A stretch of 64,000 nt of DNA, from assembly GCA_036556695.1 (NCBI GenBank), contig DATBIY010000006.1, positions 22,231 to 86,230 of the forward strand, read 5' to 3'. The stretch comes from Candidatus Limnocylindria bacterium. GTDB taxonomy: Bacteria; Chloroflexota; Limnocylindria; QHBO01. Positions 10,071 through 19,338 of this stretch are shown in pieces. A program made the translations under genes and the position numbers. A model generated the notes under the pieces. It saw nothing but the letters and a program-made list of their open reading frames with translations, was not told the origin of the DNA and searched no databases. The first letter of the stretch is position 1, and each line of letters opens with the position of its first letter.

Positions 10071-11675
10071 TCAGCCGGGGCGCGGACCAGGAGCGGAGCG
10101 ATCGGCCAGGATCTGGCCCGCGGCCAGCCGGCCGGGCGCGCCCATCACGCAGCCGCCGGGATGCGTGCCCGAGCCACATTGGTAGTAGCCGTGCAGCGGC
10201 GTGCGGTACTGCGACCAGCCCGGCGCGGGGCGGAAGAAGAACATCTGCGGCGCCAGGAACTCGCCGGCGAAGATGTTGCCCTCCGACAGGCCGGTGACGC
10301 GCTCGATGTCGAGCGGCGTGACCACCTCGCGCTGCAGGACCAGCTCGCCGAAGCCGGGGAAGAAGCGCTCCAGGGTGGCCTGCACCCGATCGGCCATCGG
10401 CTCACGCTGCGTGTCCCAGTCGGATTCGCGCAGGTGGTAGGGCGTGTACTGCACGAAGCACGACAGCACGTGGTTGCCGGGCGGCGCCATGTCGGGGTCG
10501 ATGGTCGACTGGATGGCGCAGTCGATGTACGGATCCTCGCTGAACCAGCCGTACTTGGCAGCGTCGAAGGCGCGCTCCACGTAGTCCATCGATGGGCCGA
10601 TGTTCAGGAAGCCGCGGTACGGCTCTGGCCCGTTGCCCAGCGTCGGGTGGGTGGGCAGCCCCGAGAGCGCGAAGTTGACCTTGGAGCTCACGCCCTGGAA
10701 CTTCATGCGGCGGATGTCCTCCGCCAGGTCGTCGGGGAGCTCCCGCGGGTCGACCAGCTCCAGGAAGGTGCGCCGCGGGTCGAGTGCGCTCACCACCACG
10801 TCGGCAGAGATCTCGGTGCCGTCGGCCAGCGCCACGCCGGTCGCCTCGCCGTCGCGGGTGATGACGCGCTCGACCGGTGATTCCAAGCGAATCTCGGCAC
10901 CGAAGGACTGCGCCGCGCGGGCCAGCACCTGCGTGAAGCCGCCGTTGCCGCCTTTGTGGAAGGCCCACGTGCCGAACGAGCCGTCGTGCTCGCCCAGCGA
11001 GTGGAACAGGAGCACCAGCCCCGAGCCCTGCGACCGCGGCCCGACCTTGGAACCGATGATCCCCGACGAGGCCAGCCAGCCCTTGAGCAGGTCCGACTCG
11101 AAGTAGTCGTCCAGGAAGTCGGCCGCGCTGCCGGTGAGCAGCCGCACGGCGTTGTGCAGCGTCCGCTTGTCCAGCGAGCGCAGCCGCGAGCCGAGTGCCG
11201 TCAGCCGCACCAGCTCCTCCGGATCGTCGCTGAACGGGTCCGGCGGCACCATGTCGAGCAGCGGCTTGATGGCCTGGCACACGCGATCCAGGTCGTGCTC
11301 GTACTGGTCGTAGGCGTCGGCGTCGTGCGGCGAGTGGCGGATGATCTCGCGCAGGTTCTCGTCATGGTCGCGGCTGAAGAGCAGGTACTCGCCGTCCTCG
11401 CCGGGCGCGAAGCGAGTGCTCATCAGCAGCGGCAGGAACCCGTGCTCCGTCAGCTCCAGCTCGTGGATGATCTGCGGCCGCAGCAGGCTGAGCGCGTAGC
11501 TGAAGGTGGTGAACCAGAAGCCGGGGCGCAGCTCCTCGGTGATCGCCGCCCCGCCCACCAGATGTCGCCGCTCCAGGATCAGCGTCTTCAGGCCGCCGCG
11601 CGCCAGGTAGGCGCCGTTCACCAGCCCGTTGTGGCCGCCGCCGATCACGATGGCGTCGTAGCGCTCCTGGCTCAT
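10071..11675 (-). CDS. Phytoene-desaturase-family (CrtI-like) FAD-dependent oxidoreductase
   Basis: N-terminal dinucleotide-binding motif DAIVIGGGHNGLVNGAYLARGG; 534 aa, as expected for the CrtI/amine-oxidase superfamily. Confidence 0.75.
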   Translation of the reverse strand: MSQERYDAIVIGGGHNGLVNGAYLARGGLKTLILERRHLVGGAAITEELRPGFWFTTFSYALSLLRPQIIHELELTEHGFLPLLMSTRFAPGEDGEYLLFSRDHDENLREIIRHSPHDADAYDQYEHDLDRVCQAIKPLLDMVPPDPFSDDPEELVRLTALGSRLRSLDKRTLHNAVRLLTGSAADFLDDYFESDLLKGWLASSGIIGSKVGPRSQGSGLVLLFHSLGEHDGSFGTWAFHKGGNGGFTQVLARAAQSFGAEIRLESPVERVITRDGEATGVALADGTEISADVVVSALDPRRTFLELVDPRELPDDLAEDIRRMKFQGVSSKVNFALSGLPTHPTLGNGPEPYRGFLNIGPSMDYVERAFDAAKYGWFSEDPYIDCAIQSTIDPDMAPPGNHVLSCFVQYTPYHLRESDWDTQREPMADRVQATLERFFPGFGELVLQREVVTPLDIERVTGLSEGNIFAGEFLAPQMFFFRPAPGWSQYRTPLHGYYQCGSGTHPGGCVMGAPGRLAAGQILADRSAPGPRPG

Positions 11676-11699
11676 CGGTCCATGCTCCTTCGGTCCATC

Positions 11700-12899
11700 T
11701 CAGGCGGTCTTGCGCTCAGGGTTGAAGAACGGCAGCCGCGCGACGTGCGCCGCCACCTGCTGGTAATGGTGGTCCACCGTGAACTCCAGGAAGACGCGGC
11801 TGCCGGGCTTCGCCAGGTCGGGACGCACGCGAGCGAGGGCGATGTGCCGCTGCAGGATCGGCGAATACATGATGCTCGTCGCATAGCCGACGCGGGACCG
11901 ATCGGCGTCGTAGACCATCCAGTCCTCGTGCACCGGCCGGTGGTCCTTGGGCGGGATGAGGCCTGCGGCGGTGTACACCCGCTCGTAATCCTGCCAGTCG
12001 ACCACCAGACCCACCATGCGCCAGCGGCTCGTCTTCTCGGCGCGTTCGCCCAACAGCGCCTTGCGGCCGATGAACGGCCGGTCGTCCTCCTCCAGCCCCT
12101 TGAACATCCACGCCCAGCCCAGCTCCAGGGGCGTCGAGCGATGCGCGTCGTTGAAGGCGAAGCGGCTGGAGTCGAAGTCGGCGCCCAGCAGCAGCAGGCC
12201 GGCCTCGATGCGCAGCATGTACAGCGCCCCCATGCCGTAGGCCAGCACGCCGAAGCCCTCGGCCGCATCCCAGATGGCGTCCCACACGGCGAGCGCGTCC
12301 GGCGTGTCGACCCAGACCTCGTACCCCAGGTCGCCGGTGTATCCGGTGCGGCTGATGGTCACCTTCCTGCCGCCGATGGTTCCCGTCGTGAGGCCGAAGA
12401 ACGGCAGCTCCCGGGTCTCCGGCACCAGGCGGGTCAGCAGGTCGCGCGAGCGCGGCCCCTGGATGGCCAGCGCGCCGATGTCCAGGCTCACCTCCTCGAT
12501 GGATACGTCCAGTCCGCCGATGCGGTCGGCGAACCAGGCGTAGTTCGGCTCGGCCGCGGTCAGCAGGTACTCGTCGGCCGCGCGGTGCTGGATGACGCCG
12601 TCCTCCAGCACGAAGCCGCGGTCATCCAGCCAGGTGGTGTAGTGGGCGTGGCCAGGCGGACATGTGCGGATGTCGCGGGCCAGCATGCCGGACAGGAAGC
12701 GCTCCGCGTCGCGGCCGGTGATCCGGTACTTGTACAGCGGGGAGGTGTCGAAGATGCCAGCGCTGTTGCGCACCGCGAAGTACTCGAACTTGTCCGACGA
12801 CTGGTAGCGGGTCACCACCAGGTGGCCCGACCAGTGCTGCCACAGGCCGGTCTGGTTGAGCGCGCTCGTCCGCTCGTGGAACGGCGTCGTCCGGATCAT
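11700..12899 (-). CDS. Aminomethyltransferase-family protein (GcvT-like, folate-dependent)
   Basis: Similar to GcvT and the C-terminal domain of DMGO/sarcosine oxidase over the full length. Its start is 25 nt downstream of the ecfT stop. Confidence 0.7.
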   Translation of the reverse strand: MIRTTPFHERTSALNQTGLWQHWSGHLVVTRYQSSDKFEYFAVRNSAGIFDTSPLYKYRITGRDAERFLSGMLARDIRTCPPGHAHYTTWLDDRGFVLEDGVIQHRAADEYLLTAAEPNYAWFADRIGGLDVSIEEVSLDIGALAIQGPRSRDLLTRLVPETRELPFFGLTTGTIGGRKVTISRTGYTGDLGYEVWVDTPDALAVWDAIWDAAEGFGVLAYGMGALYMLRIEAGLLLLGADFDSSRFAFNDAHRSTPLELGWAWMFKGLEEDDRPFIGRKALLGERAEKTSRWRMVGLVVDWQDYERVYTAAGLIPPKDHRPVHEDWMVYDADRSRVGYATSIMYSPILQRHIALARVRPDLAKPGSRVFLEFTVDHHYQQVAAHVARLPFFNPERKTA

Positions 12900-12924
12900 G
12901 CGGCGCGAGCATAGCGGTCCCGCG

Positions 12925-13722
12925 TCAGGAGAATAGGAAGCGCCAGCTCCCCAGCGCCAGGCTGATCCCCACCGCCAGCAGTGCCAGCGCCACGGCGCCC
13001 GCCAAGAGGAGCCAGTCGGCCTGGCGCACCCCCTCCTCGCGCGCTGAGCTGCGGCATTGGCGGGCGCCGAAGCCGCGCGCCTCCATGGCGGTGGCCAGCC
13101 TCGTCCCGCGCCGCACCGAGCCGATGAGCAGCGCCACCAGCTTCCCGAAGAAGACGCGCACCGTGCCCAGCATGCCCTGCCCGCTCGCGCCGCGAGCGCG
13201 CCGCGCCAGCGACAGGATCTGCCAGTCGAGCGCCAGGATCGGCATCAGCCGCGCGGCGGCCAGCGCGCCCACCGCGAAGCGCGGCGAGAGGCGCAGCTGC
13301 TGCACCAGCGAGTCGGCCAGGCGGGTGGGGTCGGTGGTGACCATGGCCAGCACGCCGGAGAAGGCGATTCCGGCCAGCCGCAGCCCCAGCCCGGCGGCCG
13401 ATGCCAGCGCCTCCGCGCTGACGTTCACGACGCCGATGCTGACCTGCGGCCCGCCCTGGGGCGCGCCGAAGATCACGTTCAGCACGCCCACCGACAGGGC
13501 GGTGAGCAGGATGGGCCAGGTGCGCCCGGCCAGCGTCCGCGGCGAGAGGCCGGACATGGCCACCGCCGCCAGCAGGCCCACGAGCACGACGCCGGCTGTC
13601 ACCAGGTCGACCGAGACGAACAGCGCGAGCATCAGGACCGTCGCAGCGGCCAGCTTGATGGCTGGGTTGGCTGCCGCCAGGAAGGCGCGCGGGTCGGGGC
13701 GCAGCGGCGTGAACAGCCTCAT
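12925..13722 (-). CDS. ecfT: ECF transporter transmembrane T component (EcfT/CbiQ family)
   Basis: Multi-pass membrane protein with the conserved R-rich loop ARGxGxR (LARRARGASG). Its start overlaps the stop of the ATPase gene. Confidence 0.75.
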   Translation of the reverse strand: MRLFTPLRPDPRAFLAAANPAIKLAAATVLMLALFVSVDLVTAGVVLVGLLAAVAMSGLSPRTLAGRTWPILLTALSVGVLNVIFGAPQGGPQVSIGVVNVSAEALASAAGLGLRLAGIAFSGVLAMVTTDPTRLADSLVQQLRLSPRFAVGALAAARLMPILALDWQILSLARRARGASGQGMLGTVRVFFGKLVALLIGSVRRGTRLATAMEARGFGARQCRSSAREEGVRQADWLLLAGAVALALLAVGISLALGSWRFLFS

Positions 13723-15233
13723 GGCGCGCTTCCGGTCGCACGGCTGAGACGGAGGGTGCGATCGGCCAGGACGCCCGCGAACTCGCGGTCGTGGGTGGCG
13801 AACACGATCGCCCGTCCCTGGTCGCGCAGCGCGGCCAGCAGGTCCAGGAGCTCGATGGCCGTGCGGCGGTCCTGCCCGAAGGTCGGCTCGTCAAGGATCA
13901 GGGCTGCCGGCGCGGCGGCCAGCGCGGTCGCAACGGAGAGGCGGCGCTTCTCTCCGCCGGAGAGGGTGAAGGGGTTGGCCGCCGCGAGGTGCTTCAGGTG
14001 GAGACGCTCCAGAAGCTCCGCGGCGCGGCGCGCGGCAGCCGGTCGCTCCACTCCGGCGCGCAGTGGCCCGAGCATCAGCTCGTCCTCGACCCTGCCGGTC
14101 AGGAACTGGTGCTCCGGGTCCTGGAAGACGGTGCCGATGTGGGTTGCCAGCTCGCGCGAAGGCCAGCCGGCCAGCGCGTCGTGGCCACGGCCGCGGGCCA
14201 GCGCCTCGCCGGCGACGACCGAGCCGCCGCTCGGGCGCAGCAGCCCGGCCAGCAGGAAGGCGAGGGTCGACTTGCCGCTGCCGTTCGGGCCGGTCACGGC
14301 CAGCGCCTCGGCGGATTTGACCTGCACGTCGGTCCGCGCCAGGGCCGGCACGCCGCTCCCCGGATACCGGAACTCGACCTGGTCGGCCATGATCAGCGTC
14401 TCGGACGACGGCCGCTCCCTGCGAGGAGGAGCCGGCAGACGTCGATCGGGCACCCACACGCCGGCATCGGCCAGGACGTCTCCGTACCGCGTGAAGACGT
14501 GGGATGCCGGCCCATCGGCCAGGATTGCGCCGTCCGCGTCGAGCGCGACAACCCTGTCGACCAGCGGCAGGGCGTCCGCCACGCGGTGCTCGACCATCAC
14601 CAGGGTGAGGCCCAGCCGCTCCACCACCCCGGCCACGATCTCCCGCACCAGGGCGGCGCCATCCGGGTCGAGATTGGCGGTGGGCTCGTCCAGCAGCAGC
14701 AGGCCAGGCCGCAGCGCCATGACGCCGGCGATCGCCAGGCGTTGCTGCTCGCCACCCGACAGCGCGTCAGTCGGGTGGTCGATGGGGTAGGCGAAGCCGA
14801 CGGCCGCCAGCGCGGCGTGTACCCGTGGCCAGATGGCGTCCGCGGGCAGGCAGCGGTTCTCGAGCCCGAAGGCCACGTCGTCCCCGGCGCGCGCCATGAC
14901 CAGCTGGCTCTCCGGGTCCTGGAACACCAGGCCGGTCGCGTCCCGCGCCTCGCGCGGTGGGCGGCCGTCGAGCGCCAGATTGCCCTTCTCGTCGCCGCCC
15001 TGGGGATCGAGCAGGCCGGCCAGGCCGGCCAGCAGCGTCGACTTGCCCGATCCGGAGGGGCCGACCAGAAGGACGCGCTCACCCGCCTCGATGCGCAGGT
15101 CGATGTCGTGCAGCGCCCACGCACGTCGACCCGGGTGGCGCCAGCCCCAGCCCTCCGCCTGGATGCTGACCGGCGCGGCCTCGGCCGGCGCCCCGGTCAG
15201 CTCACACCTCCGGTTGCTCTCTCCCGGCCGCAA
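13719..15233 (-). CDS. ecfA: ECF transporter duplicated ATPase (EcfA1-EcfA2 fusion)
   Basis: Two ABC cassettes, each with Walker A (GPSGSGKST; GPNGSGKST), signature (LSGGEQQR; LSGGEKRR) and Walker B (LLLDEPT; LILDEPT). The 5' end overlaps the ykoE-like gene by about 30 nt, so the start may be internal. Confidence 0.85.
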   Translation of the reverse strand: MRPGESNRRCELTGAPAEAAPVSIQAEGWGWRHPGRRAWALHDIDLRIEAGERVLLVGPSGSGKSTLLAGLAGLLDPQGGDEKGNLALDGRPPREARDATGLVFQDPESQLVMARAGDDVAFGLENRCLPADAIWPRVHAALAAVGFAYPIDHPTDALSGGEQQRLAIAGVMALRPGLLLLDEPTANLDPDGAALVREIVAGVVERLGLTLVMVEHRVADALPLVDRVVALDADGAILADGPASHVFTRYGDVLADAGVWVPDRRLPAPPRRERPSSETLIMADQVEFRYPGSGVPALARTDVQVKSAEALAVTGPNGSGKSTLAFLLAGLLRPSGGSVVAGEALARGRGHDALAGWPSRELATHIGTVFQDPEHQFLTGRVEDELMLGPLRAGVERPAAARRAAELLERLHLKHLAAANPFTLSGGEKRRLSVATALAAAPAALILDEPTFGQDRRTAIELLDLLAALRDQGRAIVFATHDREFAGVLADRTLRLSRATGSAP

Positions 15234-15786
15234 AGGCGTTCAGCACCCCGGCCTGCGCCAGGGCCTGCACCAGCGCCCAGGATCCCAGGCCGGCGATGAC
15301 CGCCGCGCTGACGCCCACCAGTGAGGAGTAGATGAGCTGCCAGTTCACGGCCCAGTCGGCATAGAAAAAGGCCAGGTCCAGCAGCGCGCCGGCCACGCCG
15401 GCAGCAGCACCGGCCAGGATCGCGACCGGCAGGCGCCATGAGCGGTACAGGCCGAAGGCGAACACCAGCTCGGCGGCAGCGCCCTGCGCCAGGCCGTACA
15501 CCACCGTCAACAGGCCCCACGGCGCGCCGAACAGCATCGAGATGACGGCAGCCGCCGTCTCGCCGTACAGCGCCGCGCCCGGTCGCCGGACGACCAACGG
15601 CACCAGCACCGCCGGTAGCATCCAGACCCCGTAGACCGCCCCGCGGACGGGCGGGAAGATGAACTCGGTCGCGTTCCACCACAGGTTCCACAGCTGGAAG
15701 ACCGCCCCGAAGGCAACGGCCAGCATCGACGCCACCACGATATCCACAACGCGCCAGCCAGACGGCTGCGCAGCCACACTCGTCAT
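15202..15786 (-). CDS. ykoE: ECF transporter S component, YkoE/ThiW-like (HMP/thiamine-specific)
   Basis: 194-aa polytopic membrane protein sitting between the TPK and ECF ATPase genes and downstream of a TPP riboswitch, as in ykoEDC-type operons. Confidence 0.65.
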   Translation of the reverse strand: MTSVAAQPSGWRVVDIVVASMLAVAFGAVFQLWNLWWNATEFIFPPVRGAVYGVWMLPAVLVPLVVRRPGAALYGETAAAVISMLFGAPWGLLTVVYGLAQGAAAELVFAFGLYRSWRLPVAILAGAAAGVAGALLDLAFFYADWAVNWQLIYSSLVGVSAAVIAGLGSWALVQALAQAGVLNAFAAGREQPEV

Positions 15787-16433
15787 GGGTGCATCTCTCC
15801 TTCCTCGAGCTGCTCCACGAGCAGCAGCATCCCCGCCTCCAGCCGTACCGAGGCCGGGGCAGACTCGACAACGTTCGACAGGCCGCGGCTGCTGCCCATG
15901 CGCAGCAGGTCATTGCTGAGCGCATAGCGCAGGCCTGCGGTGGTGACCCCGTTCGCGTCGCCGGCCACCGGGAAGAGACTGACCAGCGTTCCCGGCGGCG
16001 CGGTGATCTCTCGGGTCTCACCGCCGCGGATGGCAGCCAGCCGGGTGGGTCCGCAGACCAGCGTCATGCCGCCGGATCCATCGGCGCACAGCAGCAGCAC
16101 GTTGGCGACCTGGTGATCGATGCGGGGGCCGCCGAACGCGCCGAGCATCACCATTTCGTCGGCGCCCCTGCGCCGTGCAAAGTTCTGGGCGAGCTCCGCA
16201 TCCGAGTGGTCCTTCTCCGATGGATGGCGCTCGATCTCGACGCCCGCCGCCTCGTAGCGGCGCAGCAGCGCCGGCTCCACCGAATCGAGGTCGCCGACCA
16301 GGGCGTGCGGCAGGCGACCCTGGCGTTCGATCCAGTTCGCGCCGCCGTCGACGGCGACCAGCAGGTCGGCCAGGTCCAGCCAGCGTTCGTCGCCCAGATC
16401 CGGCTCGCCGGCGGCGACCAGGACCGCCCTCAT
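15783..16433 (-). CDS. thiN: Thiamine pyrophosphokinase
   Basis: TPK catalytic and thiamine-binding layout (VAVDGGAN...; C-terminal thiamine-binding domain). Start chosen at MRAVLVAAG (16433), which is preceded by a GGAGAAGGGAG Shine-Dalgarno, rather than the Arg-rich start at 16469. Confidence 0.7.
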   Translation of the reverse strand: MRAVLVAAGEPDLGDERWLDLADLLVAVDGGANWIERQGRLPHALVGDLDSVEPALLRRYEAAGVEIERHPSEKDHSDAELAQNFARRRGADEMVMLGAFGGPRIDHQVANVLLLCADGSGGMTLVCGPTRLAAIRGGETREITAPPGTLVSLFPVAGDANGVTTAGLRYALSNDLLRMGSSRGLSNVVESAPASVRLEAGMLLLVEQLEEGEMHP

Positions 16434-16524
16434 CAATCGCCGCTCCCTTCTCCCGCGGGCTGGTGGCATCTGCCGCCGAAGACGACGAATGGCGCGCCTC
16501 GCGGGCGCGCCATGCAGCGATTCA

Positions 16525-16615
16525 AACCGACTCCCTTCGCTGGCATGACCCAGATCAGGTTCGAGGGTCTGCGGCTCACCGCACTCTCAGCGCACCCGGC
16601 GCTCCCCTGTCGCTC
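16525..16615 (-). promoter_or_regulatory. TPP (THI-box) riboswitch aptamer, followed by a GC-rich expression-platform hairpin (16491-16511)
   Basis: Minus-strand read AGGGGAGCGCCGGGUGCGCUGAGAGUGCGGUGAGCCGCAGACCCUCGAACCUGAUCUGGGUCAUGCCAGCGAAGGGAG contains all the conserved THI-box blocks (GGGG.GCC, CUGAGA, ACCCU.GAACCUGAUCUGG.UAAUGCCAGCG.AGGGA). A perfect hairpin GGCGCGCC-cgcgag-GGCGCGCC plus a U-rich tail lies between the aptamer and the SD/ATG of the TPK gene. Confidence 0.85.
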
Positions 16616-16667
16616 TTCGGTTGTCCATCGAGCCTACCACCTGCCGCTGCGGGCCGCCAATCGGAAA

Positions 16668-17126
16668 TCAGGGGTGGGGAAGCCGCAGCTCCACGAGCGT
16701 GCCATGTCCCTCGGCATACATGTCCATCTGCAGCCGCTCGCCCTCCGGCGGACCGAATCGGAAGATGGCCACCCCGCCTCCGGGCCCTGCCAGGTCGACC
16801 TGGAAGCCGGCGGCGGGCAGCTCGTCCTCGTAGAAGGCGTACACCTCCGCCCCGTCGGCGTCGGTCCGCCACGCTGCGATCACGCTCGGATCGTCGGAGG
16901 TGACGGGCTGCATGCCGTCCATCAGCGGAAACCCGTCGGGAACCGGTGGCAGCTCGATCTGGGTGCTTGAGGCCGATGCGGTGGCGGCGCTCCCGCTGGG
17001 CGGCACCGTCGATGACGCAAGGCCGCTCGGCGTTCCACCGGCCGACCCATCGGCGCTGCTGGTGGCGACGCCGCACCCACAGAGGATTGCCAGCAGCAGC
17101 AATCCGGTGCGCCGAGAACCTGCCAT
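16668..17126 (-). CDS. Hypothetical lipoprotein
   Basis: Signal peptide with lipobox (LLAILCGCG) and a low-complexity S/A-rich linker. Confidence 0.5.
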   Translation of the reverse strand: MAGSRRTGLLLLAILCGCGVATSSADGSAGGTPSGLASSTVPPSGSAATASASSTQIELPPVPDGFPLMDGMQPVTSDDPSVIAAWRTDADGAEVYAFYEDELPAAGFQVDLAGPGGGVAIFRFGPPEGERLQMDMYAEGHGTLVELRLPHP

Positions 17127-17189
17127 GTGAACCTCCCTAAGACGAAACCGGCTGGCCTCGCGTCTGCGACGGCCAGCCGGCGTTGCTCG

Positions 17190-18206
17190 TTACTCGTTCA
17201 GGTTGGAGACGATGATCGGTACGTAGAACCCTCCCAGTGCGTCGTGGTCGAACCACCTCACGTTCTGCGCGGCCAGGTTGAATGTCTCGCGATAGCTGCC
17301 AGGGGGCGGGCCGCCGCGAATGCCGAAGGTGAATCGCCCGATGGCGTTCGGCGCGGTGGTGGCATCGACCCGGGTGGCGATCCAGGCATTCGTCCAGTCG
17401 GACGCTTCGAACGGGCTGTCGTGGCTGGCCGGATCCCAGGTGCCGAGGATCACGCGGCCAGCGGTCGACGTCCGCCAGGTGCGCCCGCCGGTGTTCCGGA
17501 ACTCGACCCAGTGGCTGATCGTCCGGCTGCGCCGCACGACCTGGGTGCCGGCGTTGCTCTCCCGGACGTACTCGGCCAGGAACGGCACGCGTCCCGGCCA
17601 GGTGGTCCACAGGCGGCGGTACATGGGGTCGATCTGCACGAAGTCCTCGCCGGCGACCAGCATCTCGAGGTGCAGGTGCGGGCCAAAGCAGTAGCCGCTG
17701 CATCCGGACTCGCCGACCTTCTCACCGGCAGCCACCTGGTCTCCACGCTTGACCGTCAGCCCGCCATCCGCACGGCTGGCGAGGTGGTAGTAGAGCGTGT
17801 CGCGGTCGTCGTCATGCGCCACTCGCACGAAGTTTCCGAAGTCGCCGTACTGCTGCGTGCCGTAGCCGCCCTCGGTGTCGATCACCTCCCCGTCGAGCGA
17901 CGCAGCGATCGGCGTATGCACCGGCATCGGGTAGTCGAGGCCGGTGTGGTTGTCGTACACACGCCCCGCATGCGGGACCGTGTCGAACCAGGTCTTTCCG
18001 GTGTAATCGAGCTGGAAGCCGATGCGCGGGTCGCGGTCGACGCCGTACAGCAGGCTGAACTCGGGGTTGTAGTACGGCAGGGTGTAGTCGTCCGCGGCCA
18101 GCGCCCGCGGCGCTGCCATCAGCGCCAACGCGGCGAATGTCAGCAGCGAGCCGAGTGCCAGCGGCATACGCGGCAGGTGGATGAGTCCAGTGCTCATGGT
18201 CCGCAC
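17190..18206 (-). CDS. M23-family (LytM-like) metallopeptidase, secreted
   Basis: Signal peptide. M23 motifs HxxxD (HTGLDYP) and HxH (GPHLHLEM). Confidence 0.75.
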   Translation of the reverse strand: MRTMSTGLIHLPRMPLALGSLLTFAALALMAAPRALAADDYTLPYYNPEFSLLYGVDRDPRIGFQLDYTGKTWFDTVPHAGRVYDNHTGLDYPMPVHTPIAASLDGEVIDTEGGYGTQQYGDFGNFVRVAHDDDRDTLYYHLASRADGGLTVKRGDQVAAGEKVGESGCSGYCFGPHLHLEMLVAGEDFVQIDPMYRRLWTTWPGRVPFLAEYVRESNAGTQVVRRSRTISHWVEFRNTGGRTWRTSTAGRVILGTWDPASHDSPFEASDWTNAWIATRVDATTAPNAIGRFTFGIRGGPPPGSYRETFNLAAQNVRWFDHDALGGFYVPIIVSNLNE

Positions 18207-19300
18207 TCCGCGACGCAGCCGGCGAACGCCGCCTGCCCGGTGAGCCGCGCCACGGGCCGGCCATCAGCCGCGAACAAGGCAGCGCCAGTCGGCAGCTCGA
18301 CCAGCACGCTGCCGCCATCGGGGGCGACCTGCGGACGCGCGCCGTTTCCCAGGGAGCGCGTCACGACGCCACCGAGGACACGCACGAACACCAGTCCTGC
18401 GCGCTCGAAGGCGGCAACCCGCGCGTCGGCCGAGACGCTGGCGTGCACGGCGTCCTGGCCCAGGTCGGCCAGCAGCGTCGCGCGGCCGGCGTGCAGCCGC
18501 AGCAGCACGTTCCCCGACCGGCGGTGCGCGGCGACCACCAGGTCACCGTCGGCCAGGCGCTGGATGCCGTACACCAACGGCTCTTCGCTGAGCGGTGTGG
18601 CGCTCGTGCCGTCGGCCGACACCCGGACCAGGCGGGAGGCGATGGGCGCCTCGACCGAAGAGACCCGCAGCGCCAGGACCGACCCATCTGGCTCGACCAC
18701 CGCCTGGCCGGCGAATGGACCGATGGCGCCCATCTGCGTGGCGCCGTCGCCGGCCACGCGCCACAGGCTGCCCGATCCGTCGATGACCGCCAGCCACGAG
18801 CCGTCCGGCGCGAACGCCGCGGAGATGATCCCGGGCAGCTCCACCCGCTGCTCGCCGTCGGTTGTGCCGACGGCCAGGACGGTTGCCTCCGGACCAATCT
18901 GGCCGGCCATGGCTGCACTGCGCCCATTGGCGGAGATGGCCAGCAGACGGGGTGCTGCGCCCTGTGCGTCGCTTGCGCGGGCGTTGATGCGCACCTCGGC
19001 CAGTCCGGCGGCCAAATCGCCGCGGTCCACGATGGAGAAGGAAGGGCCGGGCGACGCGGCCGGCTCGCCCAGGGCATTGCCGACCGTCAGCCCACCCACG
19101 ACGAGGCCGAGCACGGCCACCGCCGAGATGCGGAGCAGCGACAGCCCGCCGGCCAGCGGGCGCCGCGGTAGAGAGCGGGGGATCACGGAAGACCTCCGTT
19201 GCAGATTGCCCGGAACGAACGAGTGCAGGCGATCCGTGACGGCGGCAGGTTCCTCCCAGTGGCGCGATGGTTCGGCGAAGGGAGCCCACCCTAGCGACAA
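18194..19300 (-). CDS. Membrane-anchored beta-propeller (TolB/WD40-like) hypothetical protein
   Basis: An N-terminal TM helix followed by repeated DGS...LA/VA blades (PDGSWLAV, PDGSVLAL, ADGTSAT, PDGGSVLV). Confidence 0.5.
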   Translation of the reverse strand: MSLGWAPFAEPSRHWEEPAAVTDRLHSFVPGNLQRRSSVIPRSLPRRPLAGGLSLLRISAVAVLGLVVGGLTVGNALGEPAASPGPSFSIVDRGDLAAGLAEVRINARASDAQGAAPRLLAISANGRSAAMAGQIGPEATVLAVGTTDGEQRVELPGIISAAFAPDGSWLAVIDGSGSLWRVAGDGATQMGAIGPFAGQAVVEPDGSVLALRVSSVEAPIASRLVRVSADGTSATPLSEEPLVYGIQRLADGDLVVAAHRRSGNVLLRLHAGRATLLADLGQDAVHASVSADARVAAFERAGLVFVRVLGGVVTRSLGNGARPQVAPDGGSVLVELPTGAALFAADGRPVARLTGQAAFAGCVAECGP

Positions 19301-19338
19301 CCGCTTACCGCGCGCTTATCGCGGGATAATCCCCGGCC

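Noticed and set aside
12896-13894. 332-aa ORF and many similar Arg/Ala-rich ORFs (for example 5448-6242, 7282-7929, 17127-19475, 22545-23954, 26588-27685 and 27316-28467) overlapping annotated genes
   Set aside because: Low-complexity R/A/G/P composition with no motifs. They fully overlap genes that have strong catalytic motifs on the other strand or frame, which is a typical high-GC artefact.
19290-19338. Imperfect palindrome CCGCGCGCTTATCGCGGG upstream of the 19339 membrane-protein gene
   Set aside because: It is short, and such GC palindromes are frequent in this genome, so there is not enough evidence for an operator.
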